Source: Paragordius varius
Taxonomy: Eukaryota > Animalia > Nematomorpha
DNA length: 64,000 nt
Assembly (NCBI GenBank): GCA_964247055.1
Contig: OZ176051.1
Coordinates: 9,424,001 to 9,488,000, forward strand
Direction: 5' to 3'
Shown: positions 51,180 through 64,000 of the stretch, piece by piece
Layout of the letters: each line of letters begins with the position of its first letter
Position numbering within the stretch: the first letter of the stretch is position 1
The notes under the pieces: model-generated
Seen by the model: only the letters and a program-made list of their open reading frames with translations
Database searches by the model: none
Told to the model about the DNA's origin: nothing
Made by a program: the position numbers and the translations under genes

Positions 51180-51694
51180 TTTTAATTTAGATCGTGTTTG
51201 ACCAGATTTGTTTTGTAAGTTTAGCCACGAAAAATAATATTTATTTAGTATTTCCGTTGGTTACAGTTCGAACAAGTTGTTTTCGTTTAAGGGAAAAATT
51301 GGAATTTTTTCACCAAATTTAGACCCGAAATATTTTTGTCAACCTAGATATATAGAAAATTTAAGCTTTGGTCCATTATTTAATAATATATTTTTAGTAG
51401 GTTACCAAATTTAATAATTATTTATCTCAACTGTATATTTAATTTTTGAATGCTCTAACCTTCCACTTACTCCTACAGAATATGTTATTGAATTCAGCAA
51501 AATTTTAAGATATATAGACATAATGCCAAGAAAGAAAGATTAAATAGAAACTCAGTAGCTAAGATAACTGTCAATTTTGCTTATGAAAATTTCTTACGAT
51601 AATATACAATTTTTTCAAAAGGTAATTAACCAAATAATACCTGTAGTAATTACTATCAGAAGTTATATAATTTGATTGCAACTATGTACTAGGG
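51180..51694 (+). pseudogene. Second copy of the old gene X paralog (longer upstream region retained)
   Basis: gatcgtgtttgaccagatttg matches gene X upstream gatcgtgtttaaaccagatttg (about 4256). The AKITVNFAY motif is present. Confidence 0.7.
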
Positions 51695-52389
51695 CAGGGG
51701 TGAAACACAAATAGCTTCGCGGACGGCATGCGTGCATCAAAGATTTGACGGGCCTAATAAAATATATAGGCATTAATAAAGTTTATTGAATTTAAAACAT
51801 AAGAGTGCACAAATCACTGTTTATTTTAACAATTTTAGCTAGATCATGCCAAATTTTTATTTTTTCAGAATCACTTATGCTTATATCTCAGGAAATGTAA
51901 TTGAAATTTCTGGCGAACTCCATAAAAATTTTGAAGGGACATGCCACCTTGTTAGATATTTCTGAATTAGGGTAATAATAGTGATCACATATTAGACTAC
52001 TATTAAATCGCGGTGAAATATTTTATTATATGATTAATTTTATTTTTTTGTTACTTATGTATTAATACGACCGTTTGTGATGCGCCTCTTACACATAAAT
52101 TTACACTATTAAACACTATAAAACAATAATTAAATATTTTTTTTAAATCAAAATATGTTGCCCAATAATTCTTTAGTATTTCCAACAATTAAACATATAT
52201 TTTCCACAATGCCCAATAACCTTTTAGTGTTTCTAACAATCAAACATATATTTTCAACAATGAAATAATTTTACCAACAATCGAATTATTTTGCCCAATT
52301 TTAGTGTTTCCAATAATTAAACATTTTTACAAAAATCAAATAATTTCTCCAACAATCTAAATTTTTTGCCCAGTAAAATTATGGTGTTG

Positions 52390-53950
52390 CGAGTGATAAA
52401 AATTAAAATTTAACAAAAAATGTTTTTTAACTTGTAAAATTATTGGTATAAAAAAATAACATTCATCGTAGATAAATATTTCATAAAATCTTCTGGTTCG
52501 GAAAGACTGTGTATACAAGCAATTCCGATCATAATCTATATATTTATAAAAATGGAAAATGCTGGCTTTGTGATCTGTTTCCGGAAAACCGGTAGACTCA
52601 TTAAAATCCAAGCGTCAAAAATATTTAATCATTAATGAATGCCCCACCCTAAAACGGGTTTTTTTGAAAACACAAGTCCAGAAAAATCGTGTCTTTGAGA
52701 CATATTCTGGAAAACGTGTTGGAATATTCGATTTCAAATATAATTATTTTAACTTTTCGATTGCTTCGAAACTACTCGGCTTACTTTTTTAATTTAGGCT
52801 CTCTTTTTACCCGTTCCCCCAGTAAAATGCCATTTTTTCAAAAAAACTAAATAATTTTTTGCCCAGGGCATGAGACCGTTAAAATTCACTGAGGATTCGA
52901 GTTATTCTCTGTCAAAAGGAAAAAATTTAGTCTTGTGTTTTATTAATATTGGCTGCTGGGTAAACAGATAGCCGCTAAAACTGCGCCACTATATAGAAAT
53001 TGCGTTGTTTTGGAGCTAATTTACAAAAAATTTATGAAGCCATATGAGCTTATTAAAAGCTAATATTACTCGTAGCTAGGTAAAAATTAAGGTTGGGTTA
53101 TTTTATTAGCCGTTAATAGGGGGCCTTTATGCCCTAAAATGCCATCATATAACGATTATTTAGTGTTGAGGTATTTTTTCGAATAACCCATGAGACGATG
53201 GTATCAAAGATGATTCCGAATATTCGCCCTATAAAGGCAAATGGGTAGGGGTCTATCGGTTTAAAACTGATACGCCACACAAAACAGGCGTAGTTTTGGA
53301 GATAATTTTCACAAAACTTAAGAAGCTTCACGAGAGTTAAACGCATTTTTGGAAAATTTGTATAATATCATTTTTTCCTTTAAAAAGGGACCACAAATGA
53401 TTTACTTTTTATATCCCTTGATCCCAGCTCTATCACAATTTCAAAGAACTTTTAACTGTGACTTCGTATAAGACAAATCTTAAAATAAATCCATTGATAG
53501 CTGAATATTCAATAAGGGACAGATTTAATATGGTCAATTTGAAGTAAACAATATTTCAGCCTATGGAAAATCCCTTAAAAGAATAATTGAAGACATTCTT
53601 TTTATTAAATATGTTTATTATTATTATTTTATCTCCATTAACTCTATTTTTTGCAAATTATTAAGAATAATTATCGGTGAGACGACGCCACACCGAAGCG
53701 TGACAGGGACAGCTAGTATCTCGTATAAATTTACTATGAATCAGAAAATGTTAAAGAAATTTATAAAAAATGTAGATATCTTTTTCTCAATCTCTCGAAA
53801 ATCCTGATAAATATTATCAACAAAATTTCTAAGTGTTATTTCGAACAATCTATTATTTTTCTTTTTTTATTTGTCGGGTTCGTTAACAAACTCGCAATCA
53901 TAAATGGGGTCGGGAACGTCGAAAGTTGAAGAAGGCATGATGTAATCATT
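52390..53950 (-). mobile_element. Degenerate piggyBac-like transposase with a Helitron 5' fragment (52535-about 52865, +) inserted
   Basis: VVPF(K)GK..IQ..PK..KLLKFCE-NY..Y resembles the piggyBac MVPFKGR..QY.P.KP.KFGIK motif; an upstream FF.IF..IV..T.Y pattern is present. The Helitron starts A|TCTATATATTTATAAAAATGG. Confidence 0.6.
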
Positions 53951-54374
53951 TGTAATTTAGTAGGATTTATAAACTCATATTTACAAAATTTTATTTAAAT
54001 ATTGAAATTCAATCAATACATAATAATATTTCCCATTTTTAATAATTTGTTATGGTTTCATGATAGAATTCAGGGTAAAAATCCGATCAGTTAGGATTTC
54101 GATTTATGTTACCCTTATCTTTATGGTAATATAATTGTAACCCAAATATAGCCTAATTAACAAAAAATATTTCATTATATTTTTTTTTGATTATAACATA
54201 ATAATAAAATGTTGCCTATCAATAATAATATGATGTAGTTTATTCGAATGAATTAAAGGTAATTTTTGTTTATTAATTTATGATTTTAGGTAAGGTTTTA
54301 TATTATTTTGAATAAGGTATTAATAATAGTTTTAATAAATTTAAAGTTTAAATGAGTCATCTATACATATAATA

Positions 54375-55357
54375 CACTGTGTGCAAAAAAGAGGGTTAAT
54401 TTTTTTTAAGATAAATTTTTTTTATGAGATGGCTTATGACCAGCGAATTGCAAAATTTTTTATCCTTTGAAATATTAAGAGAAAATCAAAATCGGGCAAA
54501 AAGTGTAAGGATAATTAAGGATAATTCAAAAAATAATCATAAAAATTGTGATATAATGGTTTATTTTCATTTTAAGCGATATTTTCAATAGATAAATAGC
54601 CTAAAATCATATAGTTAGGGTTACTATAATATCTCAGCTCAAGGCGTTGACTTTTAACACACTTAGAGGACAAAAAATATTTTATGAAACCATATTAAAA
54701 TAACTTTTTAAATATTTACAAGCTAAACTCACTATAAAAATGTTAAAATTTATATTTTATTCAGCAAAAAAACTTATATATCAAAATAAAACCAAAATAT
54801 ATTGTTTTTTATTTTTTCATTTTTTTGTCATCTGGTTTATGAGTGTATAAATTTATACTGTTTTATTTTGGAAACATACATGAGTGGGAATCAATAAGTA
54901 TTTTATTTATGCAAAACAGGATTTAAAAGTAAAATATCAACCAAAAATCCTTACAAATCCAATAACTCTGTTTTAAGACATATTAATATTTTATTGGGAT
55001 TTGTACGGATTGTTGGTTGATATTCCACTACTTTTAAATCCCTTTTGCATAAATTATATATTTTATGATTCGCACTCATGTATACAAAATAAAACCGTAT
55101 AAATTTTCATACACTCATAAACCAGATGACAAAAAATGTAAAAATAAAAACAATATTTTTTGGTTTTATTTTGATATATAGTTTTTGTACTGAATGAATT
55201 ATGGATGTTAAGATTTTTATAGTGAGTTTAGCTAAATAATTTAAAAATATTATTTTAATATAGTTTTATAAAAAAAATTTGTCTTGTGAGTGTTTTAAAA
55301 GAAAAACGCCATCTTTTGAGCTGAATAATTTAGAAACCCTAACTATATGATTTTACG

Positions 55358-55395
<38 letters not shown>

Positions 55396-55614
55396 AAAAT
55401 ATATTCTAAACTGATAATAAACCATAATATTTCAAATTTTTTCACTATTTTTTGAAATATACTATCCCTAAATTTCACTTTTTGCCCGATTTCGATTTTC
55501 TCTCAATATTTCAAAAACTAGGTTGTCAATTATAAATATTGCGGCAAATGAATACGCTGGTCATAAGCTATCTCATAAAAAAAAATTTCATTAAAAATTT
55601 TTTTGCACGCAGTC
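54375..55614. mobile_element. Foldback-type element with inverted arms of about 585 bp and a spacer of about 35 bp
   Basis: Termini cactgtgtgcaaaa / tttgcacgcagtc. The arms are reverse complements up to a centre at about 54960-54995. TA-rich flanks. Confidence 0.8.
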
Positions 55615-56309
55615 ATATACATCCGCTATTTTTCATTTTATATTTTTCCTCTGATTTTTAAACAACCATTGCTTTACTCCTCATTTTCTTCATTTTAGTG
55701 GTTTTAATATTTTTAATAACATTTGCTTTAATTTTTAGAGTTTTTCTAACAAAAATATTTCTAAAATAAAATGGCTTGTGAATACATCATTTTTATTAAT
55801 TAAATGGTGATATAAACCCCCAACCAATTAATTTTACATATAGCTGCAAGAAATTTTGTATGTAGCATTTTATCAAAAAAACTTTTTTGATGTCACATAG
55901 CATATATTAAAAATTGGTACCATGCAATCTCGCCATTTTTGCGTTTATTCAAAAAGACAGCCTATTTTAAAGGGGTTAAAATTTTATATAAATAATAATA
56001 TTTCATATTTAAAAATTTATATAAGATTTTTTTGTAATGAACATCTAGTTTTTAACCAAAAAATATATTTAGCATAAAGTGGGCCTATTTTGCCATTTTT
56101 CGATCAAAAGTATAATTATTTAAAAAGATGTGCCCAAAACCTAAAGGATTATTAAAGTCCTGATTATATCAGATTATATATTTCATCAGGATGTTTTTAG
56201 ACCGCCCGATTCACTCTGTGCATATAAAATAAATATACTGTAAGCATGGAATAATTAATATAAAATATAATGTCTTTCAATATTTATTTATTTTAAAGAA
56301 CCATTTATA

Positions 56310-59300
56310 TCAACTTAAAGTATTTTTAGAGATCTGATTATCTGAAAAGTAGTATTTCTTCAGGTTCTGTTTCATAATTGTTTTTATTGTTTTTGAATCA
56401 AGAATAGTTGTTCCCATAACCATTTTGGTATAGCGACCGGTTGACATAGCTAATATGTATATTGAGCACATTTCAAGTGTCTGCGTATCCAAAAAGTTGT
56501 TCGGGATAGTCAGGTTTTCATTGTAATTAATTGAGTATTGGATAGGTAACATTTTCGTTTTGACTTTAACAATCTTTCGATGATCTTGAAGAGATATAAG
56601 TCAAAATTTAATGTACTTTTGTTTACCCGACCATTCGTCGTTAAAATCAAATAATGTTTAATCATGCACTTTCAACATTGAAGAACCTTCGGGCGTTGCG
56701 TTAGAGCTCATGCCTTAAAAAATGTAATTAAATTAATATTTTTGACATACTTTAAAAATTAAAATAAGTCATAAACATTATACTTATTGTCTATTCCCCT
56801 GTAACAGTGCCTGATTCGTCTAAAAGGCTAGTTTCAGCAAATAATCGCAATATCCGACATTTGATAGTTCTTTTTCTACCGATCTCAAATATAGCATACC
56901 TTGACCAACACACCGTATTTTTTCAAGATGGGGCATACTTATATCTATTGGTGAGTCGTTTACTTGTTGGATAAATAATTGAAAAATCAAAACATCTCAT
57001 CTGCAGTCAATGATATTAAGTTTATATCTATGTAATCAATAGCATATTTATATATATATATATATATATATATACTTGGTACAAAATTTTTTTTTTCATC
57101 AGATAGCCTGTGACCAGTAAGTTCTTTTGCCGTATAATTTTTTATTTGTTTACCACCTAGTTTTTGAAATAATGAGTTGAAAATCGAAATCGTGCACAAA
57201 GTGAAAATTATAGATAATTAATGATAATTCAAAAAATAGTGATAAAATTAGAGATATTATGGTTGATTATCATTTTAGGAGATATTTTCTATATATAAAT
57301 AGCCTAAAATCATATAAATAGGGTTTTTATAAAATCTCAATTAATAGATGGCGTTTTTCTTTTTAATAAATTGTCAAAAATTTATTAAACTATGTTAAAA
57401 CAATTTTTTTAATTATTTATTAGCGAAACTTACTATAAAAATCTTAACATTCATATCTATCAAAATAAGACTAAAAAATAATGTTTTTTATTTAAACATT
57501 TTTTGTCGGTTTATGAGCGCATAAAAAATTTATAATGTTGTGGAATCTTACATGAGTGGGAAATAATATTTTTTAGTTTTATTTTAACATAGATATTTTT
57601 TTACTGAATTAAATATGAATGTTAAGGTTTTAATAGTGAATTTAGCTAATATATAATTAAAAAAAATATTTTAGTATAGTTACATAAAAATATTTCGGAC
57701 TTTTAAGTGTGTAAAAAGAAAAACGCCATCTCTGGAACTGAGATTTCAAAAACCCTATATATATGATTTCAGGCTATTTATTTACCATTTGCACTTCATG
57801 TTCTTGAACACTTCAAGTTGATCTTTAAACATTTCAAGTTGGTCCTTGAACACTACAAGTTGGTCTTTAAAATTTTTTAACCATAATTTTTGGTGTTTTT
57901 TATTTTTATTTTTTAACTTTTCTTAATTTTTAATATATTTATTCATTTTTTTCTTAAAAACCACTTTTTTGATTCAAACTAATTTTCTCATTTAACAAAA
58001 TTATAAAATTTTAAATGTTTTCAAAAATTATAAATAATAACCCAGAATATTTATATTTTTTATTTACGTGTTAAAATCTTATAAATTATAAAAATAATTT
58101 TAAGGTATTAATAAAGATATACGGTTTCTCAATGATTAAAAGTTGATATTGATTTAAAATTTTTCTTAAATAATAAAATTAGGTTAACAATTTAACAACA
58201 ATAAGATAGTGATATACGATTTGATTTAAAAGTTAAAAACAAAAAAAATCAAAGGACCAACTTGGAGTGTGTTCAAGGAACTTGATTGCAAAGGACCAAC
58301 TAGAAGTCAAGGATACTCTTAAAGTACATGTGGTATATATAGAAAATACCTCCTAAAATAATAATCAACCATAATATCTCAACTTTTATCATTATATTTT
58401 GAATTATCTTTATTTATGTTTAATTTTCACTTTTTGCCCCATTTCGATTTTCTCTAAATATATCAAAAACTAGGCCGTCAACAAATTAAAATTTTTGTGG
58501 CAAATTCACTGGTCATCAGCTATCTCGAAAATTTTTTTTAAAAAATAACTCTCTTTTTTGCACACAGTATATATATACATTTTGAGTAATTACATCGGAA
58601 ACTCTAAGAGCCCAAGTGGTGACTCATTAATTCTGTAAAATAATTAGAAGAAATAATTAACCGTTTAATTTTATTATAACTCTTCAGGTCAAATGAAATG
58701 AAGAACAGGAGCTTGATGGAACAAAATATTTATACACACCAAATTATTTGTTATTAATTATTATACAAACATTTTTAACTAAAAAAATTTTAAACAAAAG
58801 TAATACATAAACACTATATTACCTTTTCACATTTTATATTATGGGTACTTATTTGGATTCTTTGTCCCTTTAAACTTATATGGTACAATTATTATTAGGG
58901 AAATTGTTTTTACTAAATTAGTCCAAAATGTTTTTATAAATTTTTATATGTATATAGAATATAGAACCAACACTCGTGACAAACAGGTGATATTTAATTT
59001 AATAAATATCATAACCTCGAATTTTTATCGAATAATTCCATGTCGGATGATATGACAAAATCAGTAAGGGCAATGTTCTATATTTTTTAAATGGATCTAA
59101 GCATTTATATACGATTATTAAAGCTTCAAATAATGGTTGTTTTTTCATTTCATTTGTGTCGGATCAAGGTATAAAATAAGTTCTGGGTATAGAATGTGAA
59201 CATTGATACATTCAAAAATGTGAACATTCAAAATACATTCATGTCCATTATATCCCAAATTTAATTTTAATTGTATAAACAAATTTGATTATGCCAAAAC

Positions 59301-59680
59301 TTGTTTAATGAGAGGGAGCTTTCCGCATGGATAACAGAATCCATGATATTTTGATCTTCGTGTAAGCTAAGATCATTTTCGGAACATGATTGCAAATCCA
59401 AATTTTGTATTGGTCTAGTTTCTATCGAATCGCATAAATTAAAAATTTTAAAATACCTGAAGGAAGTATATTTTGTAAACTTTTCTTCCAATGTCCCTTT
59501 GGATGTGGTTCATTTTGAATAAGAGGGATGTTTTTTTCGTTAACCCTTGTTACAGTCCATTTACTCAATAAAATAAAGGCTAACCATGCCACAATGATCA
59601 AAATAAAACAAATTATAAAAATGAGTAATATAAAAGTAGTATCTATATTAAATGGATTAGATGCGACATGTTTAGAACGT
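56310..59680 (-). pseudogene. Synaptotagmin-like gene (N-terminal TM, spacer, C2A, C2B), decayed
   Basis: TM exon 59680-59457, 35-nt intron, spacer exon, GIIKFVY..LYLDPTQMKMKKQPLFE (C2A-like), LRSVEKELSNVGYCDYLLKL, KYIKF.LISLQDHRKIVKVKT (C2B-like). Domain order matches synaptotagmins; multiple frameshifts. Confidence 0.6.
57073..58569. mobile_element. Second foldback-family element carrying a nested TA-flanked MITE (57785-58333)
   Basis: Ends tacttggtacaaaa / tttgcacacagta, both in TA runs. The nested MITE has TIRs ccatttgcacttca / aagtacatgtgg. Confidence 0.7.
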
Positions 59681-62106
59681 AAACGTTTATTTTAAATTTA
59701 TAAAATATTTTAGCCAATTATTGTTAAAATTATCACAAAATCTATTTAGCTCTTTTTAAATTTTCCCATTAATTTTATTTAGAGTATTGAGTAACGCCAA
59801 AAAATATTTTTTACGATAAAAATTATCTTTGGGCGTACTCTAAGTTGAATCCCTTTACCGAGCCATTATAATATTATTTGGTAAATATTGGAGATTTTAA
59901 CAAATTTAATAAATATTTTTTTGTAAAATTTTTAACCGAATAAGTGTATTTTCTAAAAACACAATTGTAAGTTATTAATGGAGTATTTTGATATTGATGT
60001 CGGGAAATCGATCCTGTCAAACTTGAATAAAGATCTAAAAACTATTCAACAGTTTATTATAAGCTCCGAGATATGCACCGATCTATATTAATTTATATTA
60101 CGCACCATAAAAACATTGGATTTTTAGATTCCACTTTATCAATAAGAGCTTGCTATTAAGTCAGATAAATTTTTTCATGGTTCATAAAACTTAATTTATT
60201 TTTTTCCGCACATTCCATATTTACACTAAATTTAATTTGAAGTTAGCCAGGGTTCGTCAATTTTATTTTAATTTGTATCGAAATTGGTATAAACAGGGTT
60301 CAACACAAATAACTTCGCGGCTTCTGTGATAAATTCTGGTTATATTTTATTTATTTAGAGCCCTTTGGATTGATATATCTCATAAATAATCGTAAGTTTT
60401 GATTGAAATCAATTTTTTTAAACATTTATTAGAGCACTTTTGCATACACCCTGCTTTAAAACTTAATTGTAAATGTTTACATAATGCAGCTAAACTAGCG
60501 GAAAATGGATGGTAGGGGATCAAAAGTTGGTAATAACTTTATGAAAAATTCCCAGAGGTAGAATTATAACCAGTTCCACTGCAAAGCATATGTATTTAAA
60601 CTAATTAGAGAGGGGGAGATAAATTATCACTCCAATAACAACCAAAGACATACATGTAGCAATTTTTTGTGGATAGGAAGCGGTAAACTATCAACATAGT
60701 GTAAACAATGTCACATGATATCTTGTCTCAAACTCGATATTGTTGTCAGAATGATGTTAATACTATAAAAACACATGTTGTAAAGAGAACGGCGAAAAAA
60801 AGAGAAAAGCTGTTAAATTTGGACGATGACACACTGGATCCTTTAAAACTGACTAAACAGACAACTTTGATAAAAAGACAAAAACTGTTTGATGGGCAAC
60901 AAATATTCATCAATGAGTAGGTGCTGAAGCTTAAAAATATATTGCTTTTGCGATGTTACCAATTATATTCAGGTGGGAAAGTTTTGGGAATTTCTGACAA
61001 CTTAACATGATAAAACGGCAAAAATGGGGATCTAAAAATAATTTATGAATAGCTAAAAGCTTTGAGATAATGGACATCGAAATGATAAATGCGATTAATA
61101 TTCTGGAAAAAAGTAATTAAATTTTGCAATTTGAGGATAGTATCGCACATTAGCTTAAATAAAATATTAAACAATAGAGGAAAATTCAACTATATTGTAT
61201 TGTTTATATTATTATAAGCCTAATCCAAAACTTAAATATAGAACGAGATGGATATTAAAATTTTGTAACCAAACAAATTGGTTCGAACCCAACGAAATAT
61301 GTTTCTACGTTCGATACTATTTAAATCAATTTTCTAATCGAGCAACTTCCCAAAAAATTGGTAAATAGCCTAGTACTAATTAATGATAAAATAATTTAGG
61401 GATTTTTTTCACAAAGGCTTACAGCAGTGGTAACAAAATATAAAGGGACGAAAAAAAAATATCTTGTCGCAATGGTTAAACACCCACCATGTAATACCGA
61501 TAAAATTTCATAGCTTTTTTGACACATTTGCAGATATTTATACTTAAAATAAAAATTTAAAAATATAATAAATTTAAGGAGATTCCCTAGGGTCACGGTT
61601 GGAGTACCTCTGCTAAAATGATTTTAATAATATTAACCTAATTTAAAAAAATCATATTTACAAAAGGGCATCGTACGGCAGAACCGTGAAAATAAAACCG
61701 ATAATACTCTCGCGTCAATAAATATTTCAACTCAAAACATAAAATAGATATAAAATTTTAGGGCAAATCTAGACAACACCTAATAATATATTCCAAAAGT
61801 TAAATATTTTATTGACTTTGTTATGAAATTATTTTTGGAATATTAAAATTTTGAATTTATTTGATATAATCCAAAAACTTTCGTGGGCCGCAAATTGTTG
61901 CAGAAGACCGCGTGTAGGACAGTGCTGGTAAATAAATGGACAATAAAAATCGAGATATTAGTGTTGGTTTGGTATGAAGCTTTAATTACTTCTTTAAATC
62001 AACGTTTTACTTATTCAAAGTTGTGGGCCCAAATAAGAATTAATTGCCTAAAATGTTTATTATTTATTTGTTAATTTTTGAAAATCATCACAAAACGAGA
62101 TAAGGA

Positions 62107-64000
62107 TTAGATGTTTTCTCTTATCATTAGTTTCAATTGATTATTAACTAGAGCGATTTGATCACCGGCCGAAAGACGCAACTTACAAGAATTCGCTCTA
62201 CATTCGATTGTATACGGAGACCGATTTTTAGCATACACAGTTATTCTTGTGGAATATTGGTTTGGTAAAAGGTGAGGCTTGATTTGGTCCCAGGTGCTTG
62301 CTTTATTATTCCATCTGATATCTAATATATCGGTAAAGGGTAATATATTACACATTAGTAAAAAACGAATATCATTGACATAAGAGGTTTGTTTATAAAC
62401 ATTTATTATGGGCAAAATTTTATGCGAATGGTTATAATACTCGTATTCATCAATGACTAAAAATCAAATAAAACTCATTTACGATTGTGTTGTATGCATG
62501 GCGATATTTGCTTTCACTAATCAGTTAACATACTGTTGTTTGTTAAATTTTAATTTTACGCCAGTAAGTATTAACTAATGCCCAAACTACATTTTCCGAA
62601 AATAAAATACATGCTGAGAATTATAAACTATCTATATAATTTTTAGGTAAATAATAAATAATTCACAATATAATAAAACTTTGTGTGACATATCGCGTAT
62701 ATATTCCCTATAGTGAACAAGTAAAAATACATTTTCGTTTATTTTTATTTGTAAATTATTTTTTTAATATTAAAGGGTTGGTATCATGTTAAGTTGCATT
62801 ATATCATTAATTTCTTTTAATTTTTTTAAAAAATAAGTACTTTTGGAGGCAGTTTGGCACTCCTTAGCTACCAATTTAATTTCATGTAGAGAATCCGATT
62901 TTTTTAGATATATTTTGTCGTATTTGGATATTTCGTTTCTCGAACCACTTAGTATCAACTTATTATTGTCCATGTAGGTTTTAAATTTAGTCAGGTATTC
63001 ATAAGAAGGGCCAAGAATCTCAACATCTTTTATATTCCATCCAAGTGTTGAGAAACTAACTGTATTTTCACACTGATAGTATTTCCGAACACTTTTCGCT
63101 AATATATATTATATTAAATTAAGCCTAATTATTCTATAATAACGTGAGGTTTGTAGATTTTGAATTATTTTAGTAAAAAAATTTATATAACTCAGATTTT
63201 AATATACGTTAATAGAGTTTTCTGAGAGCACTAATACCCAATATGGAATTAACTTGACAAAAAGTTTGCAGCTCATGTTTTTTAATCTTTACGATTAATA
63301 GGTATGTACCGGAATATTTGTATTTATTTTGCATTGGAAAAGATTATAAATGATATATAATTGTAATAAAAAATTAATAATTAAACTTACTTAAACTTTT
63401 GGGCATATATTTAAAGTTTCCAGCTTTGTCCCACGTTCCTATAATACATAGTTTTAAGTTATTTTAGTTTATAACAAAAAGGAGAATTGCTTAAAGAATA
63501 TTGAGAGCATTAACACACTCGCCTTCGAGCATTCAGAGTGATGATGGAAAAATTATACATTTAATTATAAATATATATGAAATGTAAAAAAAATAAAGAA
63601 AACCATCAAATTTAATTATCCATCTTCTATATGCATATTGATTCACGAAAAGGACTAAAAATTCATTAGGAATCGCTGTTATATTAGCTTGAATAGAGCC
63701 GTTGGATTTTTGATATATTCTACAATGACTATAAAGGTTTAATTCACAAGTTTTGGCTAAATTAGGGTCATTGAACAAATCAGAACAATTTTCCTCAAAT
63801 ATAAATCGTCCATTGTAGCTCTTGTAATCCGTCAAAGGGTAGAAAATTTCAAAATAAAGGTTAAGTTCTTTACCATCTATGTTAATGGTCCAAAGTCCAG
63901 CATAATCACATTTACCAGGTATATTAAAGATTAATTTTGTTTTGTTTGACACTTGAAAAGGCATTTCTTTTCCATATTTGGTAGTTATTTGAATGGTAGG
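62107..64000 (-). CDS. Gene X copy 4, 5' part beyond the window. Exon 2 (partial, to about 63605), exons 63438-63391, 63098-62841, 62456-62107
   Basis: Exon lengths 48/258/350 in phase, no stops seen. Confidence 0.75.

Overview
Very AT-rich (roughly 25% GC by eye) eukaryotic DNA, apparently from an invertebrate animal, judged from an animal-type chitin synthase remnant, GT-AG introns and animal-type transposons. No prokaryotic features, rRNA, tRNA or CRISPR were found. The window is a mosaic of recent direct and inverted segmental duplications. The duplicated unit carries an unrecognised five-exon gene ('gene X', about 482 aa) encoding a signal peptide and Ig-like extracellular modules, with all introns in phase 1. 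There are four recent copies: 4616-7143 (+, frameshifted), 17286-19806 (-, one 1-nt frameshift), 42929-45488 (-, intact) and 62107->64000 (-, cut by the window edge), plus an older decayed paralog present twice. Other host-gene remnants: a near-complete but decayed, divergent chitin synthase; a synaptotagmin-like (TM + 2xC2) gene; and a rhodopsin-class GPCR fragment carried inside a CACT-ended DNA transposon. A type I hammerhead ribozyme sits in a Penelope-like remnant. The rest is layered, often nested transposon debris (Ty3/Gypsy, RTE LINEs, hAT, mariner/Tc1, piggyBac, Helitron, Chapaev-like, MITEs, foldbacks). All calls are by-eye translation and comparison; no database search was run. Boundaries of decayed elements are approximate, and some frameshifts could be assembly errors.
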